From contig JBHGNT010000018.1 in NCBI GenBank assembly GCA_043228905.1, positions 14,818,001 to 14,882,000 on the forward strand: a stretch of DNA of 64,000 bases, written 5' to 3'. Origin of the DNA: Azolla caroliniana. Taxonomy: Eukaryota; Plantae; Polypodiophyta. Of the stretch, positions 26,239 to 38,930 are shown one piece after another. The translations under genes were made by a program, and so were the position numbers. Positions within the stretch are counted from its first letter, which is position 1. The number at the start of each line of letters is the position of its first letter. A model generated the notes under the pieces. That model worked only from the letters and a program-made list of their open reading frames with translations, was not told where the DNA came from and ran no database searches.

Positions 26239-28450
26239 CACATCAACTTCTTTGTGATTGTCGGGACGTGAAGCACGTTCATAAGCTTCACCTTCTGTAC
26301 GGCGTGGTTGAGGGGAACTTCTCTGACATGTTCAAACGGGTGAGGAGTGTCATCTTTGGTTTCGACAACTCCCGGTTGCTTCGGTTTTTCCAAATATGAG
26401 AACCACTCTTCGTGGCTCGTCATATAGTTTGATGCTCTGGAGGCAACGTACCACACTTCCTTTGATTTGGAAGTGGTCTTCCTCATCGGGTTCACGTTGT
26501 GCTTCATCACAAAGGTTGGCCCTTTTTCGGTTTTTCCTCTGTCAGATCCTTCTAATCCCTCTGCATAGTGCGAGCATTGCTGATTCCCTTGTCAAGTGTT
26601 ACCGGATCCGGATTTATCCAAATCGGCGCGCTTCTTCCAGTACTGGCTTTCTCAGTGGCCTTTCTTGCCATAGTACCAGCATTCCGCATCGTCTATCGAT
26701 TGTCGGTTTCCTGTGCCACGTTGAATCCCACTACTCGTGTGGAGGGTCTGGAACTGTTGTCGGCACTCTCCATGCCTCCAATTCGGCTCTTGTTTGCCCC
26801 CGCCATTGTGTGTCGACCCACCTCGTCTACCACACCCACGGGGCCAGTCCGCCTCCATGTACAACATCTGGTTGATCGATTGAGAGGTCTTCGACCCACT
26901 CATGTGGTTTGGTTTGAACATCAACATCGATTGCAAGTTGAAGAAGGACGGTGGTTTCTCTCGGGTGCAAATTGTTGTCAGGATAAGCCCATACCTTTGT
27001 GTTTGACCACCGAAGTAGATCTGAACCATCTTGTCTTTGTGCATTCTCACGTTGATGGAACCTAGTGCATCACAGATCTTCTTGATCTTGCTGGTGTAAT
27101 TTGTAACCAACATGTCGCTCTAACGGATATTGTTGAGTTCTTGCCGGAGCTTCAACTTATGGGTTATGGTACTAGCAGAGAAAATCTTTTTGAGATTTTC
27201 CGAGGTCTCCTTTGGCAACTTTACGTCTCTGATGTAGTCGAGCATCTGACTGTGCACACAGGACGCGAGGCAGTATAGCACTCTACTCACTCCTTGCTCC
27301 CATGCCAAGAATTCCTTGTGTGCCAGCTCTGTCACTACCTCGTTTACTCCCTCGACATAACTGCAGTACCTCGACCAAGATGCATAGTTGTTCCTGTCGA
27401 GCTGCTCAGTTGGGAGCGAGCTTGCCATCCATTTGTCCATTTCTTTTCTTTTTGGTTTTTTTTTATTGGAAGTTAGGTTTCGTCTAGTCTTCTCTAGCTT
27501 CGTGTCAATAATAGAGAATTTTCAACCCCCGCACCTTGATACCATGTAAAAATATTGTGCGGAAGCTTGTAGACAGAACCGACTTCACCGCATAGCAACA
27601 AAAAACAAACACATGTTGAATGAAGAGCTTGGAACATACAGTCTCACAAGAGAGACACGGAGAGCAGAACAACATAAACTCAATTCAATAATAACAACCT
27701 GTCTACTTACAATGTGCTCAGAGAGAACTTTTATACAAGTACTTCAATGCTCACACGGACTCCTAAAAATATGCCTACATAGTAGGCTAGGATTGTAGGC
27801 CTCAAACGGCCTACCAGTTACAACCCAGTCCGGCTCTCGATTCCAGATACCGATCCGGATTCCTATCTAGTTCTCCATTCCAGATATCGATACAGCTCTG
27901 GCTTATTCAGCTGATGCAGATCCGATTGAAGCAAGCTCCTCGGCAAATGTGTTGGAACTTCGAATCCTTCATCACTGACCAAGGATACCACAAGACGCAG
28001 GCCGAGCATTGCGTGTTCGTGAAGAAGTTAAACGTAGGAGACTTCCTAATACTCCTATTGTACGTGGATGACATGTTGATCGTAGGACGGGACCCTATCA
28101 AAATCGGGATGTTGAAGAAGGCCTTGAGTAAGTCCTTCTCAATGAAAGAGATGGGTTCGGCAAGAAAAATCCGAGGGATGCACATAGTCTAAGACAGGTG
28201 TCGTGAAGAATTTTGTCCAGAGGCGGAACCCGAGAAATATTGGCTACATCGGCGGGGTGCACCATGTGCACTCACCCTCGTGTAATTGTGTGAATAATAG
28301 GAGTTAAGTCAGGACGAACAATCCCATGTAAATCGGGATTTATCCCACATTGTAACGCATCCCTCTCCTTATTCTATAAAAGGAAGGGTTGGTCCCTTGT
28401 AGAACGGTTGCCCATTTTGTATTAGTAGGGTATACCGTTAGACGGAGTGA

Positions 28451-28496
<46 letters not shown>

Positions 28497-30230
28497 TTAG
28501 GGTTTCTTCTTCTTGCTCCCCTCTTTTTCTTCTTCTTCGTCCTTCTGTGCATCGAGCCTTGGCATCTAGTGTTCCAGTTTCCTGCCCTGTACTCTGTGCA
28601 AGACCCCGCTCAGCGCGACAAGCCCGAGAGCTCCCTAACCGGCGGCTTGGCAGTAGACAACGGTTCTATCTTATGCGGCCTAGGTCTGGCTTGAAGTCGG
28701 TGTTGAATCTCGTTGTCTTGTTAATACATATACATGTGGTTGTGCATATTCGGGTCTTTGTTGGTGCATGTGTGTGTGTCTTAGTGTTTCTTTCTTGCTT
28801 ATGTACATGTTCGTGCGAGTGTCAATGTTGCACGCCTGCTCACTCTCTCTCTCTCCCTTCGGTTGCTTCCGGTGAGCTCCTGGGGTGCCCCGAAAGGGGT
28901 GAAGCGCGACTTCCTATGCTCTGTCAGTCCCTAGTCTAAGACACCCGTGGTCCCGCCTTTCTACACGCACATGTGTAACAACGCGACATCTTTGGTGAAC
29001 CCGACGTGAAAGGCGGCAAGGGAGGATAGAGTTGGAAGACGATGACCTCGCGGTGATGGTGGCCGAAGTGGTGTTCGAGTCGGCACGAGTGGTGATGAGG
29101 CGAGAAGCAACGCAACAAGCGGTTGAGCGAGTGGTCGAAAGAGTCGGCCGTTTCAATAGGGACGAAGTCCCATCTTACTTGGAAGCCTACAACGTGGAAA
29201 TGGAGGAGTGAGACGTGGACGAAGCGTTGAGGCTGGAGTTCTTCTGTCGGGCTGTCGCCGTCCGTATACACGCGGAAGTGAAGGAGCTCCGACAAGCTCA
29301 TAGTTCGTGCGAGGCCTTTGAAGAGGCGCTCCTACAGGCATATGGAGGACGGCGGAAGAGCCGGGGACGACACGACTTCGACCAGTGGGTTGCATCGGCA
29401 AAGACCCACCGGGGCGCGACGAAGGCGTTTGGAGAGTTCGAGCGACGGCTTGCTCGGCTCCCGGAGCGGGACCAAGGTTTGGTGGGGGCGGACAAAGTCC
29501 TATTGTTCATCAGGTCGATCGACCGAGCGGAACGGGAGGCCATCAGGATCAAGCTCGAAGACGATGATGGAGCGAATGGGCTTACGGAGGACTGGTCGAA
29601 GGTCGGAAGGGTGTGCCAACGGCTAGACAACGAGTGAGCCAAGAAGGCTAAGAGGAAGGGGCGCGACGGCGTGCCATCACAACGGGAAGAGGCCAAACGG
29701 CAAAGAGAGTCGGCCAGGGTTGGCGTTGGGGCCAAGATTGCGGAGGCGTACGCAGTGTTGGGGATTATGTCGTCTTTGCGGAAGATCAAGTAGCATTCGA
29801 TTGCTGTCCAGAGTACCTGCGTATGACAGTTTGTATGTCGTTGCACAGAGAGAGAGAGAGAGAGACACAAAAGACTTTCTATTGCATAAAGCAAATAATA
29901 CAACATCCAACCTTACAAAAAGGTTACAAGGTCACTATATATAGTGACCGACTTAGGGCAACTACCCTTTATGCTAATTACATAAATGGCCAAAACGGGA
30001 TAGTATGAATACGTCCATTATACACATGTATTCGACACTCCCCCGTAATGGGCGTATACATGGGTTATCTAAGATTACTGGTATAGACTTAGGTTCTCGG
30101 ACATAACAGCTTTGTTCGAGTCGGTAGGGTCCGAAGGCAGAAGACCGAACTGGTCGGGTCGGAACAGTTGAAGCCGATCATTAAGGAACTGATGTCGGTT
30201 GTCGGGAACCATCCTGCTCTATGTCCGGCT

Positions 30231-31636
30231 CTAACCGGACTGGTTTGTCGTTACGCCCATCTGATGCCGAAGAGACCGAAAACGGTCTGCCGAAAGACAC
30301 TTGGTCATTCCATCTGCGACATTGTCGGTTGTGGATATTTTCTCTAGACCGATTTTCCCTGAAATGACGCAGTCCCGAACGAAGTGATATCGAACGTCGA
30401 TATGTTTGGAGGCGTTGTGGTGAACCGGATTTTTCGACAAGGCAACAGCACCTTGACTGTCGCTGTAGACAACTGGAGCCGAGTCATGGTCGACTTGTCG
30501 AAACGTGTGCGCCAGCCGACCGAGCCACAAAGCTTCTTTTGCTGCGTCGGACGCAGCTACATATTCTGCTTCGGTCGTTGAGGTCGCTGTGCACTCCTGA
30601 AGTTTCGACTTCCACGAGATTGCTCCATTGCCGAATTTGAAGCAGTATCCGGTTGTTGATTTCCGACTGTCTATACAGCCGGCGAAGTCCGAGTCGGTGT
30701 AACCGACTACGCCTGAGGTTCGGTTCGGACCGAAAAGAATGCCGTGGTCTTTTGTGCCAGCCAGATATCTGAACACATGCTTGACTGCGTTCCAATGCGA
30801 TCGGCCAGGATTGTGCATAAATCCGCTAACGACTCCTACGGCGTGAGAAATATCAGGCCGTGTCGCGACCATCAGGTACATAAGGGAGCCGACTGCCGGC
30901 GCATACGGTACCGAATTCATATCTTCCCCCTCGGGACCGGATGTCGGGCAGTCTCGCTGAGAGAGCCGAAGATTCATAGGGAGCGGGGTTGAAGCAGATT
31001 TGGCTGATTGCATGTTGAAGCGTTCTAAGACACGTCGGATATAGTCGGTCTGAGACAGAAAAAGATGTCGTGTTTCGCGATGCCGACTGATCTTCATGCC
31101 GAGTATGTGTCGTGCCGGACCGAGGTCCTTCATGGCAAACTTCAACCGCAGTTGCCGAATGAGATCGGCAAGTTCGCCCGCGTGGCGTCCAGAAATTAGC
31201 ATGTCGTCCACGTAAATGATGAGGAAGATGGGTGATCCATCTTGAGCTGTGTTGGTGAAGAGACAATGGTCCTCATCGCTTTTGGAGAAGCCGATCGATT
31301 GGATGAAGTCGTCGAACTTCTTGTACCATTGTCGCGGTGCCTGTTTGAGGCCGTATAGACTCTTCCTGAGTCGGCAGACTAGATGTTCTTGGCCAGTTGC
31401 CACGAAGCCTTTCGGCTGCTCCATATAAATTTCCTCGTCAAGATCACCATGGAGGAAGGCTGTTTTGACATCTAGCTGAATCAGCTCCAAGTTGTCGGCT
31501 GCCACTACGCCGAGTAGGAAACGAAGGGTTGTCATTTTCACCACTGGTGAAAAAATCTCGTCGAAGTCGACGCCATATTCTTGTCGGAAGCCCTTCGCAA
31601 CTAATCTGGCCTTGTACTTTGGGGTGGTCGAATCAG
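30231..31636 (-). CDS. pol: Copia polyprotein C-terminal part (RT and RNase H)
   Basis: YKARLVAKGF, QLDVKTAFLHG, LYGLKQAPRQW, YVDDML, YTDSD, SDSQGA; joins the N-terminal part in frame after excision (4014 nt, 1337 aa). Confidence 0.93.
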
Positions 31637-32428
31637 ACGTTGTCGTGAAGAAAACCGTCCATAGGCGGAATCGGCGCACCTAGGCGTGGGAACCGGTTCT
31701 TCACGCGCGCAAGCTCCAAGTTGTACATAGAAGCGAATTAGGAGGATAATTGGCAGGAACGGGCCCTAACACGAGTGGAGACAAAGACCGCGCGAATAGT
31801 CTTTTCGGTCGCGCGCGCGAACTGTACGAGTCGGCGGCGTAACTACGCGGATGCGTGAAGAACGGAGCGGATCCCTGTTCAAAAGGGACAGGGAATAAAG
31901 CTGACACGACGGCCTGCTCGTCGGCCTATATAAGAGCGGGAAAGAGCTGTTGCAGGCATCTCGCGCAGAGAGGACGAAGTGTTGTCGGACCGTTTCTGGA
32001 CGCTTCTCTCTCTGTTTCCTTCCTTCTTGAGCTCCATAGCTTTCTGTGCAGGGTTCCGAGGAGGCTCGCGCTGTTTCGAGGAACGCCCGAGTGCTTCCGG
32101 CAGCACCTCCGACCTGCTACCGCCTTTGTGTGTCGAAGCGAACAGGCATCGGCATCTGTTCGCCGGCCTGTTGGGTTGTAACCAACCTGTGCCCCATCGG
32201 GGGTTGTAGTCGTGCTAGCCATTTTTCTTAATATACATATTTAGTCATTCGCATCTGTCTGTGTCGGTGTCTGTCCGCGTTCCCCGTGCTGAAGGGCCGT
32301 GACCCTGTGTATCCCCGGTCCTGCGTAGCCGGTTCTCCCTCTTTCTCTTCCCTCGCTTGCTCTTTGGTTCGAGACCCCCGCGGTCCCGCCTCGTTTCCAC
32401 ACGCACTTGCGTAATATCTAGACATCTT

Positions 32429-32446
32429 TGGTGAACCCGACGTGAA
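32429..32446 (+). promoter_or_regulatory. PBS complementary to the 3' end of plant tRNA-Trp
   Basis: TGGTGAACCCGACGTGAA is the reverse complement of TTCACGTCGGGTTCACCA, recalled as the tRNA-Trp 3' end; identical at 28993; remnant at 55131-55140. Confidence 0.8.
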
Positions 32447-34595
32447 AGAGGCGGCAGAAGAGCAGGAGATGAGGGGGTCGGATCTTGCAGAGGCCATGGC
32501 TTCGGCCGTGGATCGGATTGTAAATGCGCGCGAGGGCACCGGTGCCCTCGACAGAGCTATCGAGGCGGTCGTCGGCACGATCGGCCGGTTCGATGGGAGG
32601 GATGCCACGAAGTATCTGGCGTCCTACGGTGCAGAAATGCTGATGCGGGACATTCCGGAAGAAAGGCGTCTTGCCGGATTTCCCCGAGTAGCAATGCCGA
32701 GCATCCATGCGGAGGTGCTCGAGGTGCGGGCGGAGAGCCGTACCTGGGAGGAGTTCGAAGGTCGGCTCCTAGAGAAATACGGGCTGGACGACGCGCTCCG
32801 GCTTTCGAAGCGAAGGTTCATGGAATGGGTGGAGTCCCCGGGGAAGGGAAGAAACGCGTCGGCACTCCTCCGGGAGTTCGAGGAAAACTTTGCGCGCCTT
32901 TCGGCGCTCGACCGATCCATCCTGGACACGAGCCGGGTCTTGCTGTTTGTCAAGTCGGTCGACGAGCGGGATCGGGAGCAAGTGGGCCTCTTGCTGGAAA
33001 CCGAAGACGGGCTCACTACCGACTGGGCGGCTGTCAAGAAAGTCTGTGGCCGTTTCGACAAACGGCGAGAATGGGCGGATAACGGGGTAACCGGGTCGGG
33101 CTCGGTCGCAGCAAGGATGTTCGAACCAGCGCCACAGGTGCGAAAGGAAGGGACCCGAGAGTGGTTGGAAACCGGTTCGGCTTCGACCGGCGTAGTCAGA
33201 GGCTCAACCGGAGGAGCGGCGCTGGAGGAATTGACGAGGGCGGTAAAGGACCTCCAAATCGCGCAAGCCCGAAGGGAAGGTGGCGAACCGGCTCGTGACC
33301 GACGGCCGGCGGCAGGAAACAGGTGCATGTGGTGCGATGAAGTCGGCCACATTCGGAAGGACTGCGGCGACTTCGCGGAGGCGCTAAGGGATAGGGTGGT
33401 GTACCTGTGGGAAGGGCGGGTGCATGCCAGCGACACCCGAAGGGCCCTGAGCCGAAACGACGGGCGAGGTGGTATGAAAAGGTTGATGGAAGAGGCGGCG
33501 GCCCGACACGCGGAAACCGTCCACTACTCGGCGTCGGCCGGCATTCGAGTCGGGGGCGGCGAGGCCCGAAGGGAAAGCAAAGCCGGATTCTGGCCGACAA
33601 TGCTGGAAGGCCTTGCCGGTGCAAGGCTAAAAGGGGAGGAATCGGACCGCGCGGAGAAACGGGTACGGGAGATGACCGGGTGGAGCGACCCGGTCGAGGA
33701 AAGGACGGGCTTCGTGGAAGCCGCTTGCCAGAACTACGAGGCTCTGGTAGAAGAGAAGCGGGTGGGGAAACCCGGGACGACCGGGCCCTCGCAACGATAC
33801 GAGACCCGGTCCGGGCCACGACGGGACGAAGCCGGCGGGGCCGGTACGAAAGATCAACCCCAGAAGGGCGGGTACCGTCTGGGGACAGAGATAGAAAGGA
33901 CCACGGACTTACGAAAGGTCCTGGAGGAACGGATCCTCGACAGCAAGGTGGAGCTGTCGTTACGAGAGGTGCTGGGAATCGCCAAGAAGGAGTTCCACGA
34001 CTCCATCGTGGACTTGGTGAAACGGAAGAGGCTGTCAACGGAGACAGAACCGGAAAGACCAGTGGGAGTGCAGACGACGCACCTAGACGACATAGCGCTG
34101 GGAGACGAGTGGGCGGAAAGCCACTATTCGAGACCACACTGGGCCCGAGCGACCACGGAAACCCCGGTGAAGATCGGCGATGTCCAGGAACCGGTGATAG
34201 CTTTGGTGGACCACGGATCGGAGATCAACTTGATGTCCATGGACTTCTATAAGAAGGGCAAATGGCCGATCAACACCAAGCACGGGTGGAAAATAAGGGC
34301 GGCAACGCGCGCCACCGAGGAGCTGCACGGGGCCTGTCCGAATGTGCGAGTCAAGATCGGCGACGTCGAGATTGACCAGCACTTCTTCGTGCAGGAGACG
34401 TCTTCGCATCCGGTCATACTGGGAGAGCCGTACATCACGGCGGCGCGGATGGAGACCAAGGTGCTGGACAATGGTTCGGCCTACGCGAGGGTCAAAAGCC
34501 AAGACGGGCGCCATTCGGTCCAGTTTCTGACGGTACGGCCGAACCACGAACGTAACCGCGACTCCCTCGGTTCCGAAAACCGAGAGGATTTTTAG
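32442..34595 (+). CDS. gag: Gag-protease polyprotein (first ATG at 32469)
   Basis: Intact 717-codon ORF; CMWCDEVGHIRKDC knuckle; ALVDHGSEINLM and VILGEP aspartic protease motifs. Confidence 0.92.
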   Translation: MKEAAEEQEMRGSDLAEAMASAVDRIVNAREGTGALDRAIEAVVGTIGRFDGRDATKYLASYGAEMLMRDIPEERRLAGFPRVAMPSIHAEVLEVRAESRTWEEFEGRLLEKYGLDDALRLSKRRFMEWVESPGKGRNASALLREFEENFARLSALDRSILDTSRVLLFVKSVDERDREQVGLLLETEDGLTTDWAAVKKVCGRFDKRREWADNGVTGSGSVAARMFEPAPQVRKEGTREWLETGSASTGVVRGSTGGAALEELTRAVKDLQIAQARREGGEPARDRRPAAGNRCMWCDEVGHIRKDCGDFAEALRDRVVYLWEGRVHASDTRRALSRNDGRGGMKRLMEEAAARHAETVHYSASAGIRVGGGEARRESKAGFWPTMLEGLAGARLKGEESDRAEKRVREMTGWSDPVEERTGFVEAACQNYEALVEEKRVGKPGTTGPSQRYETRSGPRRDEAGGAGTKDQPQKGGYRLGTEIERTTDLRKVLEERILDSKVELSLREVLGIAKKEFHDSIVDLVKRKRLSTETEPERPVGVQTTHLDDIALGDEWAESHYSRPHWARATTETPVKIGDVQEPVIALVDHGSEINLMSMDFYKKGKWPINTKHGWKIRAATRATEELHGACPNVRVKIGDVEIDQHFFVQETSSHPVILGEPYITAARMETKVLDNGSAYARVKSQDGRHSVQFLTVRPNHERNRDSLGSENREDF

Positions 34596-34651
34596 AGAGG
34601 ACTGCCAAGGCGTGGGGCCGCGACAGTCCGGATGCTCCGGGAAAACCCCAC
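34586..34651 (+). promoter_or_regulatory. -1 frameshift signal: slippery heptamer plus H-type pseudoknot
   Basis: G_GAT_TTT immediately before the gag stop; 6-nt spacer; stem 1 ggactg/cagtcc; stem 2 gtgggg/ccccac; -1 frame is open into pol. Confidence 0.8.
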
Positions 34652-37600
34652 ATCTGTACGATAAAACCGTGTACAATAGGTAGGAAATTTTGCTTCTCCG
34701 ACAGCGGAGCATGTACGATGGTCGGCATCGCCGGCCGAGAGAAAACAAAGACGGAGGGGAGACTTCGGGCGTGCGGAGTTCTCGGCCCTGACGAAGAAAT
34801 CAACGGAGCCGTGGAGGCAGTCTCCTTCGACGACACCTTGGGAATGCTGGGGAGGGTAGTCGAAGAAGACCTTATCGAAGACCGGACGATACCGGTATGT
34901 TCCGTAGAAATGTACGAAGTCATCGCGGACTTCGGTCGAGGGCTCGAGTCGGAACGGACGGCCCGAGTTAGCACCAAGTACAAGACTGTGGACCGGAAGG
35001 TGAGGCCAGTTGCGGCGCCCTTACCGGAGGGCAGCGAATCCCGAATCAAAGGGGTTGCATCGGACCCCAGCTTACGAGATCCGGCCTGCATAGGACACAC
35101 CTTCACCAACGAGACGCTCCGCGAGCTGAAGATCGGTGGGGGCAGGTTCCTACTGCCGGTGGAGGAAGACCGGTTTCGGAGGATGCTCGGAAGGCACGGG
35201 AAAGCCTTCGCATTCTCACCGGAGGAAATCGGGTGCGTAGACCCGACGATCGTAGAGCCGATGGTGATATTCACGGTACCGCATGTACCGTGGAATCTCA
35301 AGCCAATTCCGGTTCCGAGAGCTCACATCCCGAAGTTGATGGAGCTGTTGAAGCAGAAAGTTGATATGGGCATTCTCGAGCCGTCGAGCGCCCCGTACTC
35401 GAACCGATGGTTTACCGTACCAAAGAAAAACGGATCATTGCGCTTCATTCAGGACTTGCAACCGGTCAATAGGGTGACCATTCGGAACGCAGGGATCGGA
35501 CCGACCATAGACGAGTTCGCGGAGGCCTTCGCCGGAAGGTCGATTTACTCGGTCGGTGATCTATACTCAGGGTACGACCAGTTCCAGCTAGCCGTGGAGA
35601 GCAGAGACATTACGACGATGCGAACTCCCCTCGGCCTAGTGCGGATGTGTACGCTGCCGCAAGGAGGGACCAACTCGGTGGCCCACATGGTGAATGCAAT
35701 GAACAAGGTGCTGAGGGACTGCATCCCGGACATCACCATGCCGTTTCTAGACGACATCCCGATCAAGGGATGCCCGGTAGAAGAGAAGGACGAGACGATC
35801 GGGCCGGACGGATGCCGGCGATTCGTGGTAACGCACATCGACGACTGCGAGAAGGTGTTGCAAAGGCTAGAGGATGCGAGGCTCACCTTCTCGGGGGAGA
35901 AGTCAGCCTTCGGGCAGTCGGAAATCATGGTGGTCGGACATTTGTGTGGACCATATGGCCGGAGACCGTCTCCGGCAAAGATAGAAGCCATCTCCGCGAT
36001 GAAGCCTGATTGCAGCTCGGTCACGGAAGTACGAAGATTCTTGGGGGCATGCGCCTTCTACCACATATGGATCCCGCATTACGCGCACGTCGCGGAACCG
36101 CTGTACGGTTTATTGAAGAAAGGGCGAAGATTCGAATGGCTAGACAAGCACACGGAGTCGGTCCGGAAGCTGAAGGAGGCTCTTTCGGCAGCACCGGCGC
36201 TCCGAAAGGCCGTCTACAGGAAGGGCACCCCAGTGTACATAACGGTTGACACGAGTCCGACCGGAATCGGGTGGGGTCGTCAACCAAGAAGACGAGGACG
36301 GCAATCGGTTTCCGATCCGATTCGGCGCGAAGGTCCTCAGCGAACGGCAGCGCGGATACGCCCAGGTTAAACGCGAACTCTGGGGTATCGTTTCGGCGGT
36401 GAAGGCCGACAAGGACTATCTGATCGGGACGGAGGTAATCATAGAGACGGATTGCATGCCGATTCTCGGCATGGTTTCCGGATGCGCGACACCGGACCTG
36501 GCAATGCTTAGGTGGATAGCGTACATCAAGTCCCTGGACCCGGAAATACGACACATTTCCGGGAAAGACAACGCCATGGCCGACATGCTTTCGAGGGCGA
36601 GATTCGATGACGAGGGCGGCATGGTTTCGGAGGATGAAGAGGTCGGCGTGGACTTCTTCGAGACTGCGTATGTAACAACCGACGGAACAAGCACTCCGGC
36701 GCTTAACGACTTCGACGCGAGCAAGTACGACGGGGAGTGGCTGCAGATCGGTGGGTTTTTGAAGACAATGACGCCCGATGCGTCATGGACGAAGGACGAG
36801 GCCAACCGGATCCGGAAGAAAGCGTACCGGTTCTTTCTCCGGGATGGCTATCTATGGAAGCACCCGAAGAAGAGGGACGGCGCTCCGCTCCGGGTGGTGG
36901 CGATGAGGGAAGAGCAGGAGGAGCTGCTGACGGCCTACCACGACAGCCCTTGGGCTGGACACCGTGGAACATGGGCTACGTTTGAGAAACTGAAGGGGAA
37001 GTATTGGTGGCCGGGGCAGTACCAGGACGTGCATCGGTTCGTGACAACTTGCGAGAGCTGTCAGATGCACTCCATAGTCCGACATCGGGACGAGCTTCAC
37101 CCCACGTACCCTCCGACCATCCACTTCAAATGGATGGTAGATCTGGTGACGATGCCAATGGGGGTAGGACAGATGCGGTACCTGGTCCTAGCGCGGGAGG
37201 ATCTGACGAACCAGGTGGAAGGCCGGGCCCTTCCGAACAAAACGACCGCGGCCGTATGCCGGTTCCTAATCGAGGACGTGATATGCCGGTACGGGTGCGT
37301 CGGGAAGATCGTGGCTGACCGAGGGGAGTTGGACGCCGAAGAAGCCGCGGAGCTGTTCGACCGGCTGGGGGTCAAGCTCTCGCTCACCACTGCGTACAAT
37401 CCGGAGGCGAATGGAAAGGTGGAGCGCGGACACGGACCGATCGTCAAGGCGTTGGTTCGGGCATGCGGAGGCCGAGTCGGTAACTGGCCGCGGCTGCTAC
37501 CTTATGCTTTGTGGGCAGACCGGACCACGCACAGTTCGGTAACCGGGTACATGCCGACGGAGCTCATGTTCGGCCAGAAGCCGATCATGCCGATGGAACG

Positions 37601-38075
37601 GACGATCTCCTCGTGGGCAACGGTCGACTGGAGGGACGAGATGAGCCGGGAGGAGTTGTTGGCCGCGCGCATACGACAGCTCGAGCGGAGGCCGGAGGAC
37701 GTGGAACTGGCTGCGGAGAAGCTCCGGGTGGCGAGGAAAAAGAACAAAGCCAGGTTCGACCGAACGCACCGGCTCCGACCGAAGAAAATCGAAGAAGGTG
37801 ACTGGGTGCTCGTCTACGACAGCAGCCTCGACAACCACCACCGAGCTACACGGAAGTTCGCACGAAGGTGGTTCGGGCCTTACGTGGTACGGAGCGCCAA
37901 TGACAACGGGACATATCACCTGGCGGAACTTGACGGCACGAGAGTGGCGATACCGGTTGCAGGGAAGCGGATCAAAGCGTTCAAGAAGCGACATGACGAC
38001 GAGCCGGACCCGGCTCTCCTAGTCGGCAGTGACGAACGATCCGAAAACGAGGAAGAACCGACGGGCGAGGAATGA
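34592..38075 (+). CDS. pol: Pol (RT, RNase H, integrase) with a single 1-nt frameshift at GGGG 36273-36276
   Basis: DLYSGYDQ, LPQG, FLDD at 35744-35755; VDTS, ETDC; HRG...CESC, VDLV, ADRGE, GKVERG, GPY. Confidence 0.92.
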
Positions 38076-38930
38076 AGACGGGCCGGTTTTCTCCGTCCCA
38101 ACTCTCTTGGCGCATACCGGAGGATGCGCGGTTAGGTGGGGGCGGATGTCGTGAAGAAAACCGTCCATAGGCGGAATCGGCGCACCTAGGCGTGGGAACC
38201 GGTTCTTCACGCGCGCAAGCTCCAAGTTGTACATAGAAGCGAATTAGGAGGATAATTGGCAGGAACGGGCCCTAACACGAGTGGAGACAAAGACCGCGCG
38301 AATAGTCTTTTCGGTCGCGCGCGCGAACTGTACGAGTCGGCGGCGTAACTACGCGGATGCGTGAAGAACGGAGCGGATCCCTGTTCAAAAGGGACAGGGA
38401 ATAAAGCTGACACGACGGCCTGCTCGTCGGCCTATATAAGAGCGGGAAAGAGCTGTTGCAGGCATCTCGCGCAGAGAGGACGAAGTGCTGTCGGACCGTT
38501 TCTGGACGCTTCTCTCTCTGTTTCCTTCCTTCTTGAGCTCCATAGCTTTCTGTGCAGGGTTCCGAGGAGGCTCGCGCTGTTTCGAGGAACGCCCGAGTGC
38601 TTCCGGCAGCACCTCCGACCTGCTACCGCCTTTGTGTGTCGAAGCGAACAGGCATCGGCATCTGTTCGCCGGCCTATTCGGTTGTAACCAACCTGTGCCC
38701 CATCGGGGGTTGTAGTCGTGCTAGCCATTTTTCTTAATATACATATTTAGTCATTCGCATCTGTCTGTGTCGGTGTCTGTCCGCGTTCCCCGTGCTGAAG
38801 GGCCGTGACCCTGTGTATCCCCGGTCCTGCGTAGCCGGTTCTCCCTCTTTCTCTTCCCTCGCTTGCTCTTTGGTTCGAGACCCCCGCGGTCCCGCCTCGT
38901 TTCCACACGCACTTGCGTAATATCTAGACA

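Larger units (their letters stand above)
10871..27922 (-). mobile_element. Bryco-like Ty1/Copia element, rearranged. 5' LTR 27545-27922; gag-PR 27440-26239; RT remnant 17223-17388; inverted RT-RH segment on + at ~10912-11170 and 16689-17222; 3' LTR stub 10871-~10911
   Basis: PBS tggtatcaaggt (27533-27544, minus); gag MASSLPTEQLDRNNYASW; CWYYGKKGH knuckle; same LTR end tgtaaaaat at 10871 and 27545; flanks ggatt/cgatt in the host RT. The Bryco label is an inference. Confidence 0.7.
31641..38930 (+). mobile_element. Young full-length non-chromovirus Ty3/Gypsy (Phygy-like), 784-bp LTRs 31641-32424 and 38147-38930
   Basis: Exact 4-bp TSD ACGT; three LTR substitutions seen; PBS 32429-32446; PPT ggtgggggcgga; no chromodomain. 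Confidence 0.96.

Noticed and set aside
32624-38101. Long antisense and alternate-frame ORFs over gag-pol
   Set aside because: Expected shadows of GC-rich codon usage; no recognisable domains
29756-38930. Age paradox: outer Copia LTRs identical while inner Gypsy LTRs differ
   Set aside because: 0/282 versus about 3/784 differences is compatible with the same age, since only about one difference is expected in 282 bp
38734-38930. Novel C-terminus of the 935-aa ORF, and novel N-terminus of the 482-aa ORF at 31637-31679
   Set aside because: Chance read-through into the inserted Gypsy LTRs
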